Source: an uncultured Pseudomonadales bacterium (GTDB lineage Bacteria; Patescibacteriota; Microgenomatia; UBA1400; RBG-16-45-19). From it: a DNA stretch of 64,000 bases. Positions 1-9,945 of the stretch are shown piece by piece. Location: NCBI GenBank assembly GCA_964441155.1, contig CAYYKL010000001.1:216393-280392 (forward strand). The letters run 5' to 3'. The position numbers and the translations under genes were made by a program. Within the stretch, counting starts at the first letter, position 1. The number at the start of each line of letters is the position of its first letter. The notes beneath the pieces are model-generated. The model made no database searches and was not told where the DNA came from. It was given only the letters and a program-made list of their open reading frames with translations.

Positions 1-2043
1 AGGCGAATAATTTCTTTGACCGAGGCAGCATTGACTGGCTCATTCATAAAGCGCAAAGGTTGTGGCAATACTTCATTGAAGTGAATACGACCAACGGTTG
101 TTTGAATAATTCCTGCTTTTCCGCCAAGCTCGGCATCAAGTCGAACCTTAATTGGTTGACGAAGCTTTATGTATCCCAAACCATAGGCGCGCTCGGCTTC
201 GAGAGCACTGGCAAAAATGGTGGAAACGAGCTCAAGCTTATGATCAATTGAGGTGAGATAGTAGCAACCCATGACCATTTCTTTGTTTGGCACTGTGATG
301 GGTGAACCATCAGCAGGTTTAAGCAAGTTGCTGTCAGGCATCATCAAGTCAATTGCCTCTTGGCGAGCAGCCTCAGACAAAGGCACATGGATAGCCATTT
401 GGTCACCATCAAAGTCCGCGTTATAGCCCGCACAGACACATGGATGGATCCGGATGGCATTTCCTTCCACCAAAACGGGGAAGAATGCTTGGATACCTAG
501 CTTGTGGAGTGTTGGCGCACGGTTTAAGAGCACTGGATGATTTTCGATAATCCGCTCTAAAATGTCGTAGACCTCAGGCACTCGACGAACCAATGCATGT
601 TTAGCTGATTTAACATTCGGGGCAATGCCGGTTTTAATGAGTTCACTCAATACGTAAGGCCTAAACATTTCCAGAGCAATGTCTTTTGGCAAACCACACT
701 GATTGAGTTTGAGCTCGGGCCCCACAACGATAACACTGCGGCCAGAATAGTCGACACGCTTACCAAGAAGGTTTTGGCGGAATCGGCCTTGTTTGCCGCG
801 AAGCATTTCCGAAAGTGAGCGCAATTCTTTGCGAGCTCGACGGACGGTTGTTTCGCGGGATTGGCTCGAGTCAATGAGCGCATCAACTGATTCTTGAAGC
901 ATGCGCTTTTCGTTGCGCAAAATGATTTCTGGCGCACCCAAGTCAATTAAATGCTTCAAGCGATTATTACGGTTAATAACTCGGCGATAGAGGTCATTGA
1001 GGTCAGAACTTGCAAACCGACCACCAGAGAGCTGCACCATGGGGCGCAAATCTGGAGGAATAACCGGAAGTGAGGTTAAGACCATCCATTCAGCGTTGAT
1101 GTTAGCATTTTTCATGCCTTCAATTACACGCAGTCTCTTGGTGGCTTTAACTCGTTTTGCTCCAGTTGATTTTTTAATTTCGGAGCGCATTTGTGAGCTT
1201 AAGCTTTCAGCGTCAATGTCGCGAATAAGCTCAATAACTGCTTCGGCACCCATACCCACTTTGATGTGTTCAGTTGCATTGTAGTCAGCGAGTTTTAAGA
1301 ATTCGTCTTCAGTGATAATGGAGCGCACTTCGAGTCGTCGCACCATATCTTTGACTGTTTTGAAGACTTCGGTGGCATTTTCAATATCACCATCGAGCTT
1401 ATCTTTAAGGTGTTGAATGCGCTGCTTGCTTTTGAGCTCGGCTTCGGAAACTTTGAGTTCCTTTTGCTCGGCTGAAGCTGTGTCTTTTTTGATTTCAGCA
1501 ATTCTTGCCTTGACTGCAATTTTTTCTTTCTCCATCGATTCTTTGGCTTCGGTTTTAAGCATGTCAATGCGAGCTGCTTGCTCGTCTTCAAGCGATGCCA
1601 TAACTTCGCCACGCTTATCAGTATCAACTTTCAAAACGACATATTGAGCGAAGTAGACGATGCTCGAAAGATTTCGGGGAGAAATATCTAGCAAGAGGGA
1701 GAGCTTTGACGGTGCACCTTTGAAATACCACACGTGAACGACGGGGCAAGCCAGGCGAATGTGACCCATGCGCTCGCGCCTAACTCGGCTCAATGTAACC
1801 TCAACTCCACATTTATCACACTTGATGCCTCGATAACGAATTCGCTTGTATTTGCCACAAGCACATTCCCAGTCTTTTACCGGGCCAAAGATTGCCTGAC
1901 AAAACAAGCCATCTTTCTCTGGTTTCAGTGTGCGATAGTTGATGGTTTCTGGCTTGGTGATCTCTCCATGTGACCAGCTTTTAATCGTCTCAGGAGAAGC
2001 GAGTTTGATTTGTAGTCCTTTGAAATCGAGTGTGTTTTTCATA
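1..2043 (-). CDS. rpoC: DNA-directed RNA polymerase subunit beta-prime, N-terminal ~680 aa (partial; continues beyond window start)
   Basis: Hand translation of the minus strand from the ATG at 2041-2043 gives MKNTLDFKGLQIKLASPETIKSWSHGEITKPETINYRT...CGKYKRIRYRGIKCDKCGVEV (zinc ribbon) ... NADFDGDQMAIHVPLS (catalytic Mg site). The frame stays open to position 1, so it is absent from the ORF track (no stop in window). SD-like AAGGAAAC lies about 10 nt upstream. Sits directly downstream of rpoB, as in the canonical operon. Confidence 0.9.
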
Positions 2044-2103
2044 TAGTTTCTAGTTTCCTTTTGTGTGATGCTCTCCTTCTCAGGAAAGTATCGATAAAAA
2101 GTG

Positions 2104-5100
2104 TTACTCCTCCTCCTTCAAACTTTGCTCATCCGGACCTTCGAGAGTTTCTAAGCCCTCTTCTAAAACATCTTCATCACTCTCAGCTTCTTCATCAGAA
2201 TCTGGCGCATCGTCGTCGTCATCAGCGGTTGCAGGTGGCACGGTGTCATCAACCATGGCGGCAACAACAGTTTCATCAGTGCCGATCTCGGCTTCATCGA
2301 TGTCGTCGCTGATAACCACTCCGCTGCCATCATCGGCAATTGGAATGATGTCTAAACCAAGTGAATTCAACTCTTTCACCAACACTTTGAAAGACTCTGG
2401 AATTGTGGCTTCAGGGATGGGCTTGCCCTCGACAATGGCCTCAAAGGCTTTGGCTCGGCCAACGACGTCATCTGCTTTGATGGTTAACATTTCTTGCAGT
2501 GTATGCGCGGCTTTGTGTGCCTCAAGTGCCCAGACTTCCATTTCTCCTAAGCGCTGTCCACCCATTTGAGCTTTTCCGCCCAATGGCTGTTGTGTAACCA
2601 AAGAGTATGGACCAGTTGAGCGAGCGTGCGTTTTGTCGTCAACCATATGGATGAGTTTCAAGATGTACGCCACACCTACCACGGTATCTTCTTCATAGGG
2701 CTCACCCGTGCGTCCATCGATCAAGCGAGCTTTACCACTCACTGGCAATTTGGCTTTTTCTAGTTCTTTGGTGATCTCAGATTCTTCAACTTCTTCGAAT
2801 ACTGGCAAGGCAACTTTGTAGCCAAGCTTGCTGGCAGCTAATCCAAGGTGAGCTTCCATGAGTTGTCCCAAGTTCATACGAGCCAGAACTGATAGAGGAG
2901 AAATGATGATATCGACTGGTGTGCCGTCAGCTAAATGAGGCATGTCGGCAGACGGGATGATTTGGGATATGACACCCTTATTACCATGACGTCCAGCGAG
3001 TTTGTCTCCAATCGTAACTTTGCGCATTTGAGCCACACGTACGACAACTTTTTTGATGACTCCTGGATCAAGCTCATCACCTTCGCCTCGGTCTAAAACC
3101 TGGACGCCGATAACCGTTCCTTCGTCACCATGCGGCATACGAAGAGAAGTATCACGCACTTCTCGAGCTTTTTCTCCGAAAATGGCTCGAAGGAGTCGCT
3201 CTTCAGCGGTGAGTTCGGTTTCGCCTTTGGGAGCAATCTTGCCGACCAAAATGTCATTTGGTCCGACATAGGAGCCAACCACCACAATGCCATCTTCACC
3301 AAGGTTTCTCAGTTCCATTTCGCCTACATTTGGAATGTCGCGAGTTAACTCTTCGGGTCCCAACTTGGTGTCCATGACCGACACATCGTATTCATTAATA
3401 TGAATCGAGGTGAGGGCGTCTTCTTTGACCAAGCGGTCAGAAACGATAATGGCATCTTCATAACCCAATCCTTCAAAAGAGGTGTAGGCAATGACCATAT
3501 TTTGTCCCAGGGCCAATTCACCCTCGTCACACGCTGGTCCGTCAACGATGACTTGATCTTTTTTAACCGTGTCTCCGGCATGTACCAAAGGTTTTTGCGA
3601 GTAACAGGTTGATTGAGCTGAGCGGTGGAATTTTTGGATATGATAGGTTTCTTTTTTGCCGTCAGCACTAACTTCGATTTGCTCGAATTCAAGCTCGTCA
3701 CTCGATAAACTGCCAATATCAACTGGCTTGTCGAGCGCAAGTACAATCTTAGTGGCATCAACGTAAGCGACGGTACCCGCATTTCGAGCATTAATCGTGT
3801 GGCGCATGGCCTCCACAATCGAGGTTTCCATACCGGTTCCCACAATGGGGCTACTTGGTCGAACCAATGGTACTGCCTGACATTGCATGTGAGTGCCCAT
3901 CAAGGCGCGGTTGGCTTCGTCATGAGAGATAAACGGAATAAGTGAAGCAGCCACACCAACGACTTGGCGAGATACCACATCAATAAATTCAACTTCTTCA
4001 ACATTTGATTCAAGATATTCACCTTTAAATCGAACTGGCACCCATTCTTCTTTGATATAGCCTTGTTCATCGATATTTACTTCAGCGTGGGTGATATGGA
4101 ATTCGGCTTCGTCATCAGCAGCCATATAGACAACCTCGTTGGTCACACGCATCTTGACGGTGCTTCCTTTGGTTTCTTTGACCACTTTGCGATAGGGTCC
4201 TTCCAAAAAGCCATACTCATTGACTCGAGCATAGAGTGACATGTAGGTCACAAGTCCAATGTTTGGTCCTTCAGGTGAGCGAACCGGACAAATACGGGAA
4301 TATTGACTAGAGTTAATGTCACGCATTGAGAAGCTGGCGCGCTCTCGAGTCACACCACCGGTACCCATGACGGACAAGCGCCGCAAGTTGTCTAATTGGG
4401 CCAATGGGTTGGTTTGATCAAGAATAGTCGACAAACGATTACGGCGGAAGAATTCGGAAATAGTGGCAATAATGGGCCGAGCATTAACCAGGGCACTGGG
4501 ACTAATTCGCTCATCAGTTTTGGTGAGCGACATTTTTTCTCGGATTGATCGCTCCAAACGAAGCAAGCCAATACGGAAGGCAGAAACACTTACCAATTCG
4601 CCGACACTGCGTACCCGGCGATTGCTCAAGTGATCGATATCATCCACTCGGCCAATACCATTTTGCAGACCAATAATATATTTGAAAGCGGCAATAAAAT
4701 CTTGGGGGTGGAGGACGCGATGGGCGTCGTCATTGGGCAAGTCGAGATTCAATCGTTTGTTCAGTTTGTAGCGACCAACGTCACTTAAGTCATAACGTCT
4801 GGCATCAAAGAAAAGGCCTTGCAAAAATTCTTCGGCATTATCGAGCACTGCAGGTTCGCCAGGGCGCATCTTTTCATAGATTTCAAGCAGTGCTTCGGCT
4901 CGATTGGCAGTGGGGTCTTTGAGTAAAGTTGCTTCGATGTAATTGTGTTCTTCGTTGGTGTTGACGTCTTTGAATAGTTCTAAAATTTCCTCATTGGTCT
5001 GGAATCCAAGGGCACGCAAAAGTGTCGTAGCCGTAATCTTGCGATGACGATCGATCTTGATGGCGATTACGTCGTTTTTGCTGATAGCAATTTCCAGCCA

Positions 5101-5586
5101 AGAACCTCGCATGGGTCGCAATTCTGCTTGATAGAGCATGCGCCCGGTAGTGCGATCGATCACCCCAGAATAAAAAATGCCCGGCGAGCGGACAAGTTGG
5201 TTAACAACAGCACGTTCAATACCATTGATGATAAAGGTGCCGGTGGTGGTCATCTTCGGGATATCTCCCATAAAGACTTCTTGCTCCACCTCTTCACCCG
5301 TTTGCAAATTCTTGACCTTGGCAACCACGCGTAGCGGCATGTCATAGGTCAAGCCTTTTTCTTTTGCGGTTGAGGGGGTATGTTTTGGCTCACCAAAGTG
5401 GTAGTCGCCAAATTGGAGTGACCAATTTTTTCCGGTAAAATCTTTGATCGGATTAATCTCTATAAAGGCTTGTTTAATGCCTTCGCGCAAAAACCACTGG
5501 TATGAATCTTTCTGAATTGCAATGAGATCTAATTCTGGAAGCGGTAGATTTGTTTTACCCCAGTAGTTTCGGTTAGTTTGCGCCAT
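2104..5586 (-). CDS. rpoB: DNA-directed RNA polymerase subunit beta, with an unusual ~85-aa acidic C-terminal tail
   Basis: 1160-aa ORF. Conserved RpoB blocks are present (FMGDIPKMTTTGTFIINGIERAVVNQLVRSPG; GKLAGRHGNKGVISQI). The C-terminus ends in DDDDDAPDSDEEAESDEDVLEEGLE...EEE. Confidence 0.97.
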   Translation of the reverse strand: MAQTNRNYWGKTNLPLPELDLIAIQKDSYQWFLREGIKQAFIEINPIKDFTGKNWSLQFGDYHFGEPKHTPSTAKEKGLTYDMPLRVVAKVKNLQTGEEVEQEVFMGDIPKMTTTGTFIINGIERAVVNQLVRSPGIFYSGVIDRTTGRMLYQAELRPMRGSWLEIAISKNDVIAIKIDRHRKITATTLLRALGFQTNEEILELFKDVNTNEEHNYIEATLLKDPTANRAEALLEIYEKMRPGEPAVLDNAEEFLQGLFFDARRYDLSDVGRYKLNKRLNLDLPNDDAHRVLHPQDFIAAFKYIIGLQNGIGRVDDIDHLSNRRVRSVGELVSVSAFRIGLLRLERSIREKMSLTKTDERISPSALVNARPIIATISEFFRRNRLSTILDQTNPLAQLDNLRRLSVMGTGGVTRERASFSMRDINSSQYSRICPVRSPEGPNIGLVTYMSLYARVNEYGFLEGPYRKVVKETKGSTVKMRVTNEVVYMAADDEAEFHITHAEVNIDEQGYIKEEWVPVRFKGEYLESNVEEVEFIDVVSRQVVGVAASLIPFISHDEANRALMGTHMQCQAVPLVRPSSPIVGTGMETSIVEAMRHTINARNAGTVAYVDATKIVLALDKPVDIGSLSSDELEFEQIEVSADGKKETYHIQKFHRSAQSTCYSQKPLVHAGDTVKKDQVIVDGPACDEGELALGQNMVIAYTSFEGLGYEDAIIVSDRLVKEDALTSIHINEYDVSVMDTKLGPEELTRDIPNVGEMELRNLGEDGIVVVGSYVGPNDILVGKIAPKGETELTAEERLLRAIFGEKAREVRDTSLRMPHGDEGTVIGVQVLDRGEGDELDPGVIKKVVVRVAQMRKVTIGDKLAGRHGNKGVISQIIPSADMPHLADGTPVDIIISPLSVLARMNLGQLMEAHLGLAASKLGYKVALPVFEEVEESEITKELEKAKLPVSGKARLIDGRTGEPYEEDTVVGVAYILKLIHMVDDKTHARSTGPYSLVTQQPLGGKAQMGGQRLGEMEVWALEAHKAAHTLQEMLTIKADDVVGRAKAFEAIVEGKPIPEATIPESFKVLVKELNSLGLDIIPIADDGSGVVISDDIDEAEIGTDETVVAAMVDDTVPPATADDDDDAPDSDEEAESDEDVLEEGLETLEGPDEQSLKEEE

Positions 5587-5743
5587 AGACTTCCCGTCCT
5601 TTTCAAATTATTGACTTTGATTAACTCGCCGTGCGTATAATTTCTAATCTTTTAGTATGTAGCAACTTAGTTCACGTCTTCACTACCTTATATATTCGCG
5701 TAGCTAAAGACATCGGTTTGTAGTGATTTCCAGGCAGCAGCAG

Positions 5744-5772
5744 AAAAAAACGGGGGTTTCTCGCCCGTTTTT
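5744..5772 (-). terminator. Rho-independent terminator hairpin (stem ACGGG/CCCGT flanked by an A-run and a T-run, so usable in both directions)
   Basis: aaaaaaacgggggtttctcgcccgttttt is read directly. It lies downstream of the minus-strand GT39/pil operon and upstream of the rpoB promoter region. Confidence 0.55.
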
Positions 5773-6026
5773 ATATCAGGGTTTTTTGATTTAGCAAATC
5801 CGTTTAGTCGGAATAGAACTCATGTAATGGCGCCTGGTCTATTTTTAGACAAAAAGAACTTCTCCCACGCCTTGAATTTTCTTATTTTGGCTGGAAAGAA
5901 AGAACTTGAAATCTATTACAAAACAATAGGCTATACTAACAACACCCGCGCGCCTTGTCAACAGGGCAAAATCGAGATTGAGACGTGATGTCAATTGTCA
6001 TAAGAATATAGCATCACCTTTACTGA

Positions 6027-7610
6027 TTATTTTACAATTTCCAGCGACGTGAAGTTGGGGACACCGCGAGCGTCTTTGTGTTGAGTAAGCTTTCCTTGAG
6101 GAAAACAGGAGATGAAAGCTTGAATCTTCTCTTCTTCAGAGGGTCTAAAAATTAGCAACTGAGATTTGCTCGAATCAATTTGTTCACACGATGTCACAAA
6201 TGGATCGTAAGTTATATGCTCTCTGCCTTCTTGATGTTGCATGGAGTAGAGAATTGCCTTGGGCTCAGGTTGGCCAAATTCACCCCAACAACAGTTGGTT
6301 AAGACTATTTTTGTGTCCGGTGGGAATCCATCCACATAGCGAGCAATCTGAACTGCCCAAGGCTGATTATCTTCGGGCAATCCTGCCGCATATGCTCCAA
6401 AATAATGAGTGAGATTGAGGTAGGCCACGGCAAACATGAAAACCACGATGATGAAACCCTGCAGTTTTCCCGCGAGGGCACTCGCCTTTTCGAGTCCAAA
6501 GGCTATAAGAAAGAGAATGTATGGCAAAACCCCAAGTGTTCTTGGCAAAGATGGTACTTCTTTGTAGGGAATTCCTGGAGCCAGAGTTGGCAACAGCAAC
6601 ACGGCAATAGGCAGCAACACGCTCCAACGATTTACTTTTTTGTTTTTGAGCCAAAAAAACAAACCCAAGAGCAATAAAACCCCACTTATCCTATCCAGAT
6701 GAGGTTTGTTGGCAACGTTGGTTCTAAAGCCTTCGTCGCCATGAACATGAAACATCCCGAGTGTACTTGCTAAGCGTGACAGGGAGTTTTTTGCCAGTAT
6801 TCCCATACATGCTTCAGATATAGGGTTTTGATCTTCGACACACCCGTCCACAGAAAAAAGCTTATGTCCAACATAGCCTTGAGTAAAATTGTATTTTTCG
6901 TGAGTAACCGTGGTGAAAAATAAACCCACGCCGATTCCTATTGAAATAATTGTGATACCTGCGACCTTTAGAAATGTTTTACGGGATGGCTTTTTTGCAA
7001 TGACTTGGAAAACCGAAAAAAGCGGCACCAAAGGCAGCAGAAATACTGCCGGATACGTCCATAAACTTAAAAACGCGATTCCCCAAGCGAGCCCTAAATC
7101 AGCCAAAGATTTTGTTCGAGTGAAACGTGCTACAAGCCAACCTGCCATCGAAACGAGCAAGACACTAAACATAAGCGGTGTATTGCCAATTCGCGCGAGT
7201 ACTAGATGCCAAAATGTCACCGAGCCCAGTGTGGCCGCAAGTAACCCCGCTTTTTTCCCAGCCAGTTCTTTGGCAAGCAAATACACAAAAATAAGGTTTA
7301 TGGCACCCATTGTGACTGACACAGATTTATAGACAATATAGGTCGAGCCGAATGCCCTAGAAACAATGCTTGTGATCAATAAGGGAAGCGGACCAGCTGA
7401 GAGTGAGAATTCCCCTGAAAAAGAGCCATTGAGAAATGACAAAACACGCTCATGAACAATAGAGATATCACCATACCATTCTCCGGGCAATGTTTTTAGA
7501 TTGAGGCCAGCGACAAAAAAGTAATAGACAATGATTAAACCAAGGGCAAAAATCTCTCTAAAGGTTTCTTTGGAAAACTTGCTAGAGAGCGCAAAGCGGC
7601 TGGAGATCAC
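6027..7610 (-). CDS. GT-C superfamily membrane glycosyltransferase (GT39/ArnT/PMT-like), last gene of the pilMNO operon
   Basis: 527 aa with about 11 predicted TM helices in the N-terminal half and a soluble C-terminal domain. Resembles dolichyl/undecaprenyl-phosphate-sugar-dependent GT-C transferases. A second paralog lies at 52416-53948. Confidence 0.55.
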   Translation of the reverse strand: MISSRFALSSKFSKETFREIFALGLIIVYYFFVAGLNLKTLPGEWYGDISIVHERVLSFLNGSFSGEFSLSAGPLPLLITSIVSRAFGSTYIVYKSVSVTMGAINLIFVYLLAKELAGKKAGLLAATLGSVTFWHLVLARIGNTPLMFSVLLVSMAGWLVARFTRTKSLADLGLAWGIAFLSLWTYPAVFLLPLVPLFSVFQVIAKKPSRKTFLKVAGITIISIGIGVGLFFTTVTHEKYNFTQGYVGHKLFSVDGCVEDQNPISEACMGILAKNSLSRLASTLGMFHVHGDEGFRTNVANKPHLDRISGVLLLLGLFFWLKNKKVNRWSVLLPIAVLLLPTLAPGIPYKEVPSLPRTLGVLPYILFLIAFGLEKASALAGKLQGFIIVVFMFAVAYLNLTHYFGAYAAGLPEDNQPWAVQIARYVDGFPPDTKIVLTNCCWGEFGQPEPKAILYSMQHQEGREHITYDPFVTSCEQIDSSKSQLLIFRPSEEEKIQAFISCFPQGKLTQHKDARGVPNFTSLEIVK

Positions 7611-7619
7611 AAAGGCTTT

Positions 7620-7868
7620 CTACTCTTCAATCGAGAGACTCGAAAATAGTTCAATCGCATTTTGGATTGCTTGTTGTTGCACGTTGCTCGACACCGGCTC
7701 AAGCACTGTTTGTTTGGTGAGAGAAAAGGCAATTTTTGCAGACCACCCCAGCACAACCACGAGCCAAAGGCTCGAGAAAATGAGTAATCCCATGACTATG
7801 AGCGGATGTTTATCGAAATGGGTCTTGGACATAGACAATCCCTCCAATCGTAAATTCACCTTCACCAT
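7620..7868 (-). CDS. small hypothetical membrane protein (82 aa) between pilO and the GT39 gene
   Basis: ORF with one hydrophobic helix (LIVMGLLIFSSLWLVVVLGW). Its 5' end overlaps pilO, so the true start may be an internal Met. Confidence 0.3.
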   Translation of the reverse strand: MVKVNLRLEGLSMSKTHFDKHPLIVMGLLIFSSLWLVVVLGWSAKIAFSLTKQTVLEPVSSNVQQQAIQNAIELFSSLSIEE

Positions 7869-8370
7869 GCAATCCTTGAGGCAGTCTCGAATCGACTTTG
7901 GTAATCGAAATAATGTAGGGCAATGTTTCGATTTTTTTCAGCATCTCTAAGATTTGGACATTCGTGGCCATCAATTGCATGGAAAACGGGATAACTAACT
8001 CTGTTTTTTGCTTGACTGGATCAAGTGTCGAAAAATTCATTTCGCCATCGGGATCAATTTCGGTAATTAAGCCTTCAATGCTTGATACAAAATCAATTAT
8101 CGTGGTTTCACTGGGGAAAACCTGGACCAACTTATTGATTTCATCGAGGTTAGTTTGCACAAAACTTTGCAAACCTTGATTCGTCTGCTGAGAAGATTGC
8201 AGGCTATTCAGCTCAGTTTTGAGGGTGTCAATTTTTTTCACCTGCTCGCTGGCCATAAGCAATAAAATGGCACTCAAAACTATGCCCAATGAAGTGACCA
8301 CTCCAGCAATAAGCAACATGCGCTCAGTTCGTTTGCCGATATTAACAACTGCTTGTCCAGGTGAGCTCAT
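7810..8370 (-). CDS. pilO: type IV pilus assembly protein PilO-like
   Basis: 186 aa with an N-terminal TM (LLIAGVVTSLGIVLSAILLLM), a coiled coil and a C-terminal periplasmic domain. Its position directly after the pilM/N fusion fits PilO. Confidence 0.55.
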   Translation of the reverse strand: MSSPGQAVVNIGKRTERMLLIAGVVTSLGIVLSAILLLMASEQVKKIDTLKTELNSLQSSQQTNQGLQSFVQTNLDEINKLVQVFPSETTIIDFVSSIEGLITEIDPDGEMNFSTLDPVKQKTELVIPFSMQLMATNVQILEMLKKIETLPYIISITKVDSRLPQGLHGEGEFTIGGIVYVQDPFR

Positions 8371-9812
8371 GATTGCTCCTTAGGTGGGGTGTAACTAAAT
8401 TCCAGCGTAAATTCAACTTGCTCACTCCCACTAAACGAAGAAAGTGGCAGCGCAATTTTCGTGAATTGACCACTCTCTTCCATGGCATTGCGCAGTGCAA
8501 TCAAGTCTTCACGCTTAGTTGCAATTCCTGTCAGAGAAAACTGTTGTTTGCCGCTATCAAAGCTCAAATTTACAACGGTAATTGCGGACGGTATGAGCTC
8601 GAGCAAAGTGCTCAATGGTTTTTGCGGCGTCGTTTTTTGGGTAAAAAGCGCGCTGAATCGGGTGCTTAAACGGTTGATTACCGGAATATTGATTGAATCC
8701 TTCGACATTTCCACGACTGGAGCAGCGGTCGCCTGTGACGCCTTAATCGCATCAACTTTTTTTTGTGTATTCATATAGTGCATTTGAGTAAACATAAAGA
8801 GTGCGAAAGACAAAGCAATTGAAGGCAAGGATAACGCCACTACAATACCCACCAGTCGCTTGGACCAGATATACGAACTCTTGGACCGATAGTGAGCCAC
8901 AATCGCTTCGGGCAACAGATTAATGCTGAGTGCACTTTCTGGAGGTTGCACTTCACCTTTGGCGGCAACAAATGCCAAATGAAAAGCGGGCTCTAAATTT
9001 TTCACTTCAAGCATAGAAGCGCTTAAGCCCAATTGTTCACCCAGGTAGTCTGCTATTTGCTGACTTGCAGCTTCTCCAGCTAATAGCAATTGCAAGGGAG
9101 GCATTCCCGGCGCATCTTCTTTGCTTGCATGGATCACCAACTGCTTGAGTGCTTCGATTATTTGAACCGATGACTGGGCAGACGCGGCATCAAAAGAAAT
9201 GGTCGAGGTAAGCGATGAAACTCCGTTTACCACCAGTGTCGAAGTGGCACCATTTTTTTCAAGTTCGACGATAATTAAGCGTTTGGATTTGTCTTCAGGC
9301 ACAAGCCGCGAAATCGCCGAAGCCGATGGCTCAAACCCCACCGGCATAAAGCGTGCCGCAATCAACGCTTCTCGCAATTCATCCAACCATTTGCGCTGTA
9401 TGGCGACAACTAAAACACGAGTTTCTTTGTCGGTAGCTTTAAGCATTTTCCAGTCGAAATAGATTTCGCTTGAGGAAAAAGGGAAAATTTTCTCTATCTG
9501 CCAATTAATTGCTTCACCAATTTCGCTCAATGGAATTTTTGGCAACACGTATTCCCTGGTATATGCAAACTTTTCTGGGATCGTGATTGCTGCAAGCACC
9601 ATTTGATCAGAAATACCCTCACGCAGATTCTTTAGACTTGCAATAAGCGCGTCTTTATTGATGGCATTCATGGAAAACAGTGGCGCCTCAAGGGCGGCTT
9701 CATGTTTATATGATACCGATGACCGAGCATTAACACGAACCAAGCGGACACTTGATTGGCCTAAAGAAATGCCAATGTGGCTTTTTTTGAAAAATAAATC
9801 AGTAATAAACAT
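8367..9812 (-). CDS. pilM: type IV pilus assembly PilM-PilN fusion protein
   Basis: N-terminal ~300 aa looks like an actin-like PilM. It is followed by the PilN signature INLLP (LSINLLPEAIVAHY) and a TM helix (LVGIVVALSLPSIALSFALFMF). Confidence 0.75.
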   Translation of the reverse strand: MFITDLFFKKSHIGISLGQSSVRLVRVNARSSVSYKHEAALEAPLFSMNAINKDALIASLKNLREGISDQMVLAAITIPEKFAYTREYVLPKIPLSEIGEAINWQIEKIFPFSSSEIYFDWKMLKATDKETRVLVVAIQRKWLDELREALIAARFMPVGFEPSASAISRLVPEDKSKRLIIVELEKNGATSTLVVNGVSSLTSTISFDAASAQSSVQIIEALKQLVIHASKEDAPGMPPLQLLLAGEAASQQIADYLGEQLGLSASMLEVKNLEPAFHLAFVAAKGEVQPPESALSINLLPEAIVAHYRSKSSYIWSKRLVGIVVALSLPSIALSFALFMFTQMHYMNTQKKVDAIKASQATAAPVVEMSKDSINIPVINRLSTRFSALFTQKTTPQKPLSTLLELIPSAITVVNLSFDSGKQQFSLTGIATKREDLIALRNAMEESGQFTKIALPLSSFSGSEQVEFTLEFSYTPPKEQS

Positions 9813-9945
9813 AGCAGGCTTCTCAATGGTAACAAGTTTTACCCAGACTGGCCAGTGACTTTTTGTCAGATGATCAACATAGATTCTCTCTCGGTCTATA
9901 TACCCTCACTTGTTTTTGCTAGGATAGAAATAGGTTGCGATTGCC

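Noticed and set aside
1-2043. Apparent absence of a gene in the first 2 kb of the ORF track
   Set aside because: The track lists only ORFs closed within the window. Manual translation shows an uninterrupted rpoC frame running off the 5' edge. The short ORFs listed there (647-946, 997-1284, 1295-1627, 1417-1647, 1734-1973) are shadow ORFs in other frames.
7531-7950. 139-aa plus-strand ORF antisense to pilO and the 82-aa gene
   Set aside because: It lies entirely within better-supported minus-strand genes and has no motifs.
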